NCBI GenBank assembly: GCA_965222605.1
Contig: OZ244960.1
Coordinates: 64,001-128,000 of the forward strand
From: Candidatus Latescibacterota bacterium
Lineage (GTDB): Bacteria; Latescibacterota; UBA2968
Direction of reading: 5' to 3'
Length of the DNA stretch: 64,000 bases
Below, piece by piece: positions 56,924-64,000 of this stretch. Made by a program: the position numbers and the translations under genes. The notes beneath the pieces are model-generated. The model worked only from the letters and a program-made list of their open reading frames with translations, was not told where the DNA came from and did not search any database. Position 1 is the stretch's first letter, and each line of letters starts with the position of its first letter.

Positions 56924-58399
56924 ATGTCTCAAACCCCCATCATCATTGGCCTTTGCGCCTATGTTCTGGTCACCCTATTGGTCGGCGTCTATGCCGGCAG
57001 GCGCGTCAAAGATTCCGCCGATTTTGTCGTTGCGGGTCGGCGGCTGGGCATCTGGCTGGCCACAGGCACGCTTTCTGCTACCTGGTTTGGCACGGGCACA
57101 GTGCTCGGCGCGGCAGGTGCGGCTTACAAAGGGGGCTTTTTAGCCGTCATTGCCGATCCTTTTGGCGCCGCCCTGTGTCTATTTCTCGCGGGTCTGTTTT
57201 ACGTGCGGATGATGCGGCGCATGGGCGTTTCAACCATTGCCGAATTTTTTGAACGGAGATTTGGCAAAACAGCCGGTGTGATCGCTGCTGCATGTACGAT
57301 TCCGGCTTATATCGGCTGGGTTGCATCGCTGATGGTGGGATTTGGAAAAATTATCCACGCGGTCACGGGATTAGATGCGGTATTGGGTACCTGCCTCGGT
57401 GCTGCGATTGTGCTGATCTATACAACCGTAGGCGGCATGTGGGCGGTGACGCTGACAGACTTTATCCAGGTGACTGTCTTAACCCTGGGGCTGATCTTCA
57501 TGACACCTATTCTCTTAAGCGACATGGGGGGATGGGCCGCCATTCGAGCGCAACTGCCCGATGATCAATTTTATCTCTATCCCCGCGATGCGGATATGAC
57601 CACCTGGTTTAACTATGCGCGTGCCTGGTTGGTAATTGGCCTGGGCAATCTCGCCGGACAGGACCTTTTGCAACGCAGCCTATCCAGCCGAAACGAGTCC
57701 GTCGCCCAACACAGTGCGTATCTCTCTGGTATTATTTATCTGACCGTAGGCCTCTTGCCCGTTTTTCTGGGCATTGCAGCCACCCTCACATTTCCCAATC
57801 TGGCTGACCCCGAGCAGGTGATGATGAAACTTGCCGAAACTTATCTTCCCCCACTCGGCATGGCTGTTTTTATCGGTGCTTTGATCTCTGCATTGATGAG
57901 CAGTGCCGACAGCGCCTTGCTCGCCCCCGCCAGCGTGATCGGCAACGATCTGATCCGCTACCTGCGCCCCGATATTGACGCCCGAACCCAACTTCGCCTG
58001 TGCCGCCTGAGTGTCCCCATCCTCGGCGTCATCGCGCTTTATCTCGCCCTTTCCCACGACACGGTTTATACGCTGATGGTCGATTCCTGGTCCATCTTAT
58101 TGGCGACCCTTTTTGTGCCCCTCACTGCGGGTATCTGGTGGCCTAAAGCCAATCGCTCTGGCGCGCTCTGGTCGATGATTTCAGGAGCTATCGCCTATCT
58201 CATCCTGCTTCAAATCGCGCCAGATCACCCCGCCGACCTCCTCGCAGTACCCATCGGCCTTCTCGCACTTGTCATCATAACCAAAGCGACCACAAAAACA
58301 GATCCACCCTTGCCCTTGAGCGATACGTCAGGAACACCTCTCCCTTATGACAATCGCCTGGGTGCGCTAAATCCGCTTCGACCTGCATCTGACAAGTAA
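56924..58399 (+). CDS. Sodium:solute symporter
   Basis: DFVVAGRRL, ATWFG, GGMWAVTLTD and MSSADS motifs. Confidence 0.9.
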   Translation: MSQTPIIIGLCAYVLVTLLVGVYAGRRVKDSADFVVAGRRLGIWLATGTLSATWFGTGTVLGAAGAAYKGGFLAVIADPFGAALCLFLAGLFYVRMMRRMGVSTIAEFFERRFGKTAGVIAAACTIPAYIGWVASLMVGFGKIIHAVTGLDAVLGTCLGAAIVLIYTTVGGMWAVTLTDFIQVTVLTLGLIFMTPILLSDMGGWAAIRAQLPDDQFYLYPRDADMTTWFNYARAWLVIGLGNLAGQDLLQRSLSSRNESVAQHSAYLSGIIYLTVGLLPVFLGIAATLTFPNLADPEQVMMKLAETYLPPLGMAVFIGALISALMSSADSALLAPASVIGNDLIRYLRPDIDARTQLRLCRLSVPILGVIALYLALSHDTVYTLMVDSWSILLATLFVPLTAGIWWPKANRSGALWSMISGAIAYLILLQIAPDHPADLLAVPIGLLALVIITKATTKTDPPLPLSDTSGTPLPYDNRLGALNPLRPASDK

Positions 58400-58433
58400 A
58401 TTCACGGTTGCAAAAACGAAGTTACCTTCTAAA

Positions 58434-58563
58434 ATAGACGCACTGGCTGAAGATTATGGGCGTAAGAGATGGGAGATTGAAGAAACGATCCGGTATGAAT
58501 CGGCCAGAAGTAGAAAAGCCGCTTGACCTTCCACCCGTTTTTGTAGAAATATACCTCAATTAG
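58434..58563 (+). pseudogene. Decayed DUF433-antitoxin/PIN-toxin junction
   Basis: 58434-58526 reads IDALAEDYGRKRWEIEETIRYE...KAA* (DUF433-like end); an overlapping ATG at 58495 reads MNRPEVEKPLDLPPVFVE...*. Confidence 0.5.
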
Positions 58564-58624
58564 TAAACTGCGAGAAGTCATTGGAGGCGACTTCAATTGA
58601 TGTGCGAATAAGGAGGTTTTGACG

Positions 58625-58876
58625 ATGAAACATCCACACTGGACACAAGCTGATTCACACAAGGCCAAACAAATCTGGGAAGAATACAAAAAGCAGCATA
58701 ATCTCTCGGACCGAATTGGACAAACAGCGGGAATTGATCCGAAAAGTAGGCGCATTTGGTTTGGCTCTTCGATTAGAGATATTGTTCTCCAAAGAAACAC
58801 TAAAGGATTGAATTCTCCTCTTTTCTTTCAACGAGTTGGATCTGAAACCTATTTTCGTAAAGGAGTTCGTCGGTGA
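58625..58876 (+). CDS. Small antitoxin-like protein (DUF5678-like)
   Basis: AAGGAGG RBS; GQTAGIDP...IWFG...FFQRVG. Confidence 0.7.
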   Translation: MKHPHWTQADSHKAKQIWEEYKKQHNLSDRIGQTAGIDPKSRRIWFGSSIRDIVLQRNTKGLNSPLFFQRVGSETYFRKGVRR

Positions 58877-58920
58877 TTCACGGAATGGTTTCGGCTGATG
58901 GGGTACCGAAAATCACACTT
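58873..58920 (+). pseudogene. Clan AA aspartic protease 5' stub
   Basis: GTGA-coupled MIHGMVSADGVPKITL, cut before any DTG motif. Confidence 0.55.
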
Positions 58921-58938
58921 TGGCAAAATCCTTGTCCT

Positions 58939-58984
58939 AAAAAAAACAAAGGCGCAGTTCCATAATAAATGAACTCCGCCTTTT
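58939..58984 (-). terminator. Terminator downstream of larB
   Basis: Imperfect stem AAAGGCG.AGTTC...GAACT.CGCCTTT with flanking A/T runs. Confidence 0.55.
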
Positions 58985-59006
58985 CTATTTTTATGTGAGC
59001 AAAACA

Positions 59007-59765
59007 TCACCCCGCCCGAATCCGGTTGATCTTGCTCGCTGCGACACCCGCGCCAAATCCGTTGTCGATATTGACTACGGTCACACCCGACGCGCAACTG
59101 TTCAACATGCCCAGCAATGCTGCTAAACCGTTGAAACTCGCCCCGTATCCCACACTGGTTGGCACAGCAATAAGCGGCACATTGACCAGGCCACCAACCA
59201 CGCTGGGCAGTGCCCCTTCCATTCCGGCCACCACGATAATTACACTCGCATCCGATAGGCGTTCTCGGCACGCCAGCAAACGGTGAATCCCGGCAACCCC
59301 CACATCGTAAAGCGTTTCGACCTTATTGCCCATCACCCGCGCGGTTTCCACGGCTTCTTCTGCCACGGGCAAATCGGATGTCCCTGCGGACACAACCAGA
59401 ATTTTTCCCACAGTTTCCGCAGCGGGAATCTCTCCTGCGACCACCAACGTACGAGCGAGCGCGTTGACATTTGCCTCGGGATATCTTGCGACCAGAGCAT
59501 CTCGCATCTCTGCATTTGTCCGCGTCGCCAGCAGTGCCGCGCCCGATGACACGATGCGGTCTGCTATGGCAATCACTTGCTCAACCGTCTTTCCCTCGCA
59601 AAAAATAACTTCGGGAAACCCCTGTCTGAGCGTGCGGTGATGGTCAATGCGCGCAAAACCAAGCTCTTCAAATGGCAAATGCGCGAGGTGTGCAAACGCC
59701 TCATCCACATCTGTTTGCCCCTGTGCAACAGCCTCTAACAACGCGCGTATGCGTTCAGGTGTCAC
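59007..59765 (-). CDS. larB: Nickel pincer cofactor biosynthesis protein LarB
   Basis: [40 protein letters not shown] and NIDNGFGA motifs. Confidence 0.92.
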   Translation of the reverse strand: MTPERIRALLEAVAQGQTDVDEAFAHLAHLPFEELGFARIDHHRTLRQGFPEVIFCEGKTVEQVIAIADRIVSSGAALLATRTNAEMRDALVARYPEANVNALARTLVVAGEIPAAETVGKILVVSAGTSDLPVAEEAVETARVMGNKVETLYDVGVAGIHRLLACRERLSDASVIIVVAGMEGALPSVVGGLVNVPLIAVPTSVGYGASFNGLAALLGMLNSCASGVTVVNIDNGFGAGVAASKINRIRAG

Positions 59766-60742
59766 GCCGCCACCTCCGCTTTGATCTGCGCCAGCAAATC
59801 CATGAGATGATTTGGATCGTCTTCTGTCATCAACGTGCGGCGATAACGCGCTGCGCCGGGCACCCCCTTGATATATGCCGCGAGATGGCGACGCATTTCC
59901 AGAACGCCATAACGCAAGCCCTTAAACGCGATAGACGCCTTGAGATGATGCACAGCCATTTCGAGGCGATCTCCATCCGTCGGTTCGGGCAATAATTCTC
60001 CCCTATTCAGAAAGACTTCCATGCGCTTGAATAGCCATGGATTGCCAATAGCCCATCGCCCCACCATCACCAGATCACAACCCGTTTTCTGCATCATCTC
60101 CTTTGCGGCCTCTGGCCCGCGCACATCGCCATTGCCAATTACGGGAATCGAAACCGCGTTTTTGACTTCCGCGATAATATCCCAGTCCGCGCGGCCCGCA
60201 AATTTTGCCTCGCGCGTGCGCCCATGCACGGCAATTGCCGCTGCACCAGAATCTTCAGCAATTCGCGCAACTTCCACTGCCTGATTGGCTTGCGCCCATC
60301 CACTTCTAATTTTTAGCGTCACGGGAATATCCACGGCTCGCACCATTGCGGCAATGATCTGTCCCAATCTTTCAGGTGTATTGAGCAGAGCAGCACCCGC
60401 ATTTCGCGTCACAATTTTTTTTACCGGGCACCCGCAGTTGATGTCGATAATATCCGGATTTCGCTCTGCCACAACCCGAGCACCTTCGGCCATGACCTCG
60501 GGTTCTGAACCGAACAACTGCGCGGAAATCGGAAACTCATCGGCCTCAAAATCGAGATATTGATTCGACCGTTCACTGCCGTCGGCCAGCCCCTTGGCAC
60601 TGACCATCTCTGTAACCGCAAAGCTCGCACCCTGTTGCCGGCACAGCATGCGAAACGACCGGTCTGTAATACCAGCCAATGGCGCCAGTGCTGTACGCCC
60701 GGGAATATTTACCCCACCGATTTGTACGCCCATATCATTCAT
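59762..60742 (-). CDS. dusB: tRNA-dihydrouridine synthase
   Basis: [26 protein letters not shown] and GNPWLF motifs. Confidence 0.92.
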   Translation of the reverse strand: MNDMGVQIGGVNIPGRTALAPLAGITDRSFRMLCRQQGASFAVTEMVSAKGLADGSERSNQYLDFEADEFPISAQLFGSEPEVMAEGARVVAERNPDIIDINCGCPVKKIVTRNAGAALLNTPERLGQIIAAMVRAVDIPVTLKIRSGWAQANQAVEVARIAEDSGAAAIAVHGRTREAKFAGRADWDIIAEVKNAVSIPVIGNGDVRGPEAAKEMMQKTGCDLVMVGRWAIGNPWLFKRMEVFLNRGELLPEPTDGDRLEMAVHHLKASIAFKGLRYGVLEMRRHLAAYIKGVPGAARYRRTLMTEDDPNHLMDLLAQIKAEVAA

Positions 60743-61589
60743 TCTGATAATCTTCTCGCGCCTCTAACAACACTTTCGACAATTGCTCGGCAAATTTCAC
60801 CTGACTATTGTCTTCGGGTTCATAGCCGATTTTCTTTCGCGCATTGGAGATCGTCCAGAAATTGTGCGAATTGCCGCTGATACCGTAAAAAATTTGAAAT
60901 GGGATGCCATGCTCATTTTCGATATTTTCAGCCTCAATGCTTTTCACAATCAACTGCACCTGATCCCGAATGCTCAAATACGCGCCCAAACCCCGATGCA
61001 TGCTTTTCAAATTCGTGGATTTCGCGCGATCCATATCGGTCTCGCGCGGGCCACCTATTCGAATCTGCACATTTTCCAGCTTCTTGCCGCCATTCATCAA
61101 TCCCGTTGCAAAGGTAAAGCCCAACAACTCGTATTGCGCCTTTGCCCAGCCATAATAATTATCGGAAAGCGGGTACATCTCTGGCGTCACAAATTCCTGC
61201 TTGCCCGCCCAGATCAGATTTTCGTAATAATCTGCCGCGTGATTTGAACTGATGATCACAGCGCGCCGAACATTCTCCTCCACGCACGTCTGATACACAT
61301 TGTGTGCCATATCGATGTTCGTCATCTCTGCCCAAAAGCGATCCGCCTGGTCTTTTGTCCGCACAAATCCGCAGTGGATAATCGCATCCTGCCCCCTGAA
61401 ATATTCCCGATACGCATCCCGATCCCGATTCGTCAAATCCGCAATTACCACATCGCTTACTTCCTCGCCTTCGCGATTGGTCGTCTTCACATCTAAAATC
61501 GTCAGGTCATATCGCTCGCGCAATACAGGCAACATCCGCCCGGCCACATAACCCGTACCTCCCGTAATGAGCACTTTTCTCTTTGACAT
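60735..61589 (-). CDS. NAD-dependent epimerase/dehydratase (uronate dehydrogenase-like)
   Basis: TGGTGYVA, SSNHA, YGWAK and FYGISGN motifs. Confidence 0.85.
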   Translation of the reverse strand: MSKRKVLITGGTGYVAGRMLPVLRERYDLTILDVKTTNREGEEVSDVVIADLTNRDRDAYREYFRGQDAIIHCGFVRTKDQADRFWAEMTNIDMAHNVYQTCVEENVRRAVIISSNHAADYYENLIWAGKQEFVTPEMYPLSDNYYGWAKAQYELLGFTFATGLMNGGKKLENVQIRIGGPRETDMDRAKSTNLKSMHRGLGAYLSIRDQVQLIVKSIEAENIENEHGIPFQIFYGISGNSHNFWTISNARKKIGYEPEDNSQVKFAEQLSKVLLEAREDYQNE

Positions 61590-61615
61590 ATCAGTTCCTC
61601 AAATCAATAGTTGAA

Positions 61616-62143
61616 TCACGTGCCTAACATACGATGCGCTTCAGCCCTCGCGCCATTCTGCAACCACTCAATCGGCTTTTCATTATCACACGTCGGATTT
61701 ACCCACACGATTTGCTTTAATTCCACTACCCCATCCGATGCATCCTTAAATACGCCGCGTGCGCTTCCATCCTTAGAAGTAACCAACTGATCCGTCGCAA
61801 TCGCCGCTTCGATAAGATGGACATCTTTGTCAATAATCGCCTTTTGATCCCTATGCACAGCCGCATCAATTCTATTTCGCAAATTGTTATCGCGTTCCTT
61901 AGCCTGATCAATGCGATAAACCCGCCTACGACCATACATTTGCCTACGCCACCTTCTCGAATATCTGGACAGGTGGTGATGCCATTCTGCCAGTATCGCA
62001 TCTATTATCACAACCTGGTGTCCAACATCCAACACCGTCTCTAAAAATCTCCGACACGCGCTTGAAACCGGATGCTCCGTTTCACCCGCAGAATGCACCA
62101 CATCGGCATCAATCACCAATCGCCGAGAACCCTGATTTGTCAT
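61616..62143 (-). CDS. PIN-like hypothetical protein
   Basis: LVIDADV...EW...KDVHLIEAA...TSKD acidic pattern; TAATG-coupled to the ATPase. Confidence 0.65.
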   Translation of the reverse strand: MTNQGSRRLVIDADVVHSAGETEHPVSSACRRFLETVLDVGHQVVIIDAILAEWHHHLSRYSRRWRRQMYGRRRVYRIDQAKERDNNLRNRIDAAVHRDQKAIIDKDVHLIEAAIATDQLVTSKDGSARGVFKDASDGVVELKQIVWVNPTCDNEKPIEWLQNGARAEAHRMLGT

Positions 62144-63486
62144 TATTTGCTCCGCCCTTCCACCGCATCCAGATACGCACCCTCAGCCTTCCATTCAACA
62201 TCGCCAAAGTCCTCTGGCCAATCCCCAAAAGCACCATCTTCATCCAAATCAGCACTCTGAATTGACGTCATTCCATCTTCATCACTACGCGAAAACCAGT
62301 GTAGCTTCACCAAATCGGGGTCGAGATTACGCTTCGCTACCAACGTCTGCACCTGTAATAACAACAACGCACTGTGTGTCTCCACGACCAACTTCACGCC
62401 GCGCTTCGCTGTCTCTGCCAAAATTTTTGCCAGTGCATATTGCGCTCGCGGGTGCAGGTGCAACTCTGGCTGTTCGAGATAAACTAGCTGCCCAGACTCT
62501 GCAACCAAAAGTGCGACAAGCACTGGCAATACTTGTGAAACGCCAAATCCAACGTCTGCGATACTTACGAGGTCGTCTGCCGACGTTGCTTGGGAGAGCC
62601 GTCCGACTTGTAATTCAATTTGCGCATCATTAACGACTTTGGCAAAAATTTTCCATGTTAGACCAAGGGCTATAAGCATATTTTCAAGACGTTTTACACG
62701 GTCATCTTCTTTTTGCTGCCAGTCTGCAATAATCGTGGCGACATAATTCTCAAATGTGCCTGGGAACTCAGGCCCTGTGGCAGTCCTGGGATAATCACGC
62801 TGAGGATTGCCGCGTAATCCAGGGACATGAATCAGGCCGCGCAGTGTTTCACTGATAATAAAAGAAGGTCCATCCAACCCGTAAAGTTCAGGAACAGAAG
62901 GTAAGACAAAATTACCCTTATCATCAAGAGGATCAAAATCAAGTAGGAGAAAACACCGGTTGCTAACAACCTTCAATCCTCCAGGCCATTCTATTCTTGC
63001 AGAAAGAAATTTTGAGATAGCGTTTTTTAAATGGTCCAAACTTTGGTTTGATTCCAAATGAAGAGAACGTTTATTTGTTTTAAAAATCATCTCTCGAATT
63101 TCAAGTGTTTGATTCTTTTTGAGAGAAAATACATTTTTAAGTATGAAGCTAGCTTTTACATTCTCTATTTCGACACTAAACTCCTGGCAATCAGAATTTT
63201 TTTGCATACGAGAGATGAGTTGGTCAAAAGAAGTGAAACTTACATTTGGGCCATTCAACAAAAGTGGTCCGGGGTCATAACTCGCTTCAAGGGTCTGCTT
63301 CATCAGCAACAGGGGTTGCATAGTACTCGATTTGCCAGAACTGTTTGCACCTGATAGGATCGTCAGCGGACGAATTTCAATCCGGCTCTCATTGGCAAGC
63401 GACTTGAACCCCTGCACGGAAATTGCAGTGATACCTTTATCTTGATCTTTTTTCGGATCATTTTTTGATATTCGCTGCTTTGCCAT
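62143..63486 (-). CDS. ABC-type AAA ATPase (AAA_15/21-like) with DUF3696-like C-terminus
   Basis: Walker A GANSSGKS, VGFGVSQVLP signature, LEQPELHLHP, VETHS and GDWPEDF. Confidence 0.88.
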   Translation of the reverse strand: MAKQRISKNDPKKDQDKGITAISVQGFKSLANESRIEIRPLTILSGANSSGKSSTMQPLLLMKQTLEASYDPGPLLLNGPNVSFTSFDQLISRMQKNSDCQEFSVEIENVKASFILKNVFSLKKNQTLEIREMIFKTNKRSLHLESNQSLDHLKNAISKFLSARIEWPGGLKVVSNRCFLLLDFDPLDDKGNFVLPSVPELYGLDGPSFIISETLRGLIHVPGLRGNPQRDYPRTATGPEFPGTFENYVATIIADWQQKEDDRVKRLENMLIALGLTWKIFAKVVNDAQIELQVGRLSQATSADDLVSIADVGFGVSQVLPVLVALLVAESGQLVYLEQPELHLHPRAQYALAKILAETAKRGVKLVVETHSALLLLQVQTLVAKRNLDPDLVKLHWFSRSDEDGMTSIQSADLDEDGAFGDWPEDFGDVEWKAEGAYLDAVEGRSK

Positions 63487-63569
63487 CTTCAAACTCTTTA
63501 TCGGTGTTCATACTCGCTTCGCTACGTTGTAGGCTACCGCCTGTGCGGTGGTTGCTTTGAAGTCACACA

Positions 63570-64000
63570 TCACGACACTGGAAACGGCATCCCGACCTTT
63601 GCGAAATGCCCAAATTGATCTTTGCCGCGCAACACAACCGGCTGCCACGCCTGCTTGTGTGAATTGAGCGTGGCCTGTTTAACATGCGGGGGAATAAATC
63701 GCACAGTCAGCCCACATCGCCGTCGGTTTGACCGATTGGGATTGCTCGCGTGAAACAATTGTCCGTCGTGAACCGACATCTGCCCGGCCTTCAACACAAT
63801 ATCGACCGCCGCGCTATCATCGACATGTTCATCCGGGATCTCCTGGTTAATACTCAGCAAATTGCCTTCGCGCGCAGATTTGTCGTGTACTGCAATCCCT
63901 TTTTTATGCGATCTCGGAATAAAACGCATACACCCATTCTCCACATCCGCGTCATCAATGGCGATCCATGCCGTGTGAGCAATGGGTGGTTTAAGCCCCC
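63570..64000 (-). CDS. PhyH-family dioxygenase (partial; 5' end outside window)
   Basis: AWIAIDDADVENGCMRFIP.SH and H.S.PNRS.RRR motifs. Confidence 0.85.
   Translation of the reverse strand, partial: GLKPPIAHTAWIAIDDADVENGCMRFIPRSHKKGIAVHDKSAREGNLLSINQEIPDEHVDDSAAVDIVLKAGQMSVHDGQLFHASNPNRSNRRRCGLTVRFIPPHVKQATLNSHKQAWQPVVLRGKDQFGHFAKVGMPFPVS

Overview
Bacterial chromosomal window of about 50% GC. The dockerin-like and FlgD-type surface proteins, sulfatase, PhyH, heparinase and GWxTD genes and futalosine pathway suggest a Latescibacterota/Gemmatimonadota-like, possibly sponge-associated organism (inference only). Housekeeping blocks (infB-nusA-rimP, der, nadD, bamD, purB, large purL, mqnBD, dusB, larB) alternate with accessory DNA. 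Highlights: (1) an operon of nitroreductase, DsrM-like, DsrK-like, cysteine desulfurase and two-cysteine DsrC with no dsrAB in the window, a candidate sulfite-reductase-independent sulfur-relay or respiratory module; (2) a secreted dockerin-like protein with 10 near-identical beta-propeller repeats that vary almost only in two loops, next to a cohesin/FlgD-domain gene, with a decayed second copy of that gene junction nearby; (3) a UxxC selenoprotein split by the ORF caller, with a SECIS-like hairpin; (4) an ABC-type ATPase plus PIN-like gene pair, a candidate defence system; (5) many short gene stubs in intergenic DNA (3' ends of purL, rpoD, a DUF433 gene and the FlgD gene; 5' ends of rbsK, a HAD hydrolase and several toxins), including a purL 3' duplication flanking a GC-rich phytase and several antitoxins whose partners are truncated. 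No rRNA, tRNA, CRISPR array, integrase or transposase was recognised. All family assignments come from motif recognition, not database searches.
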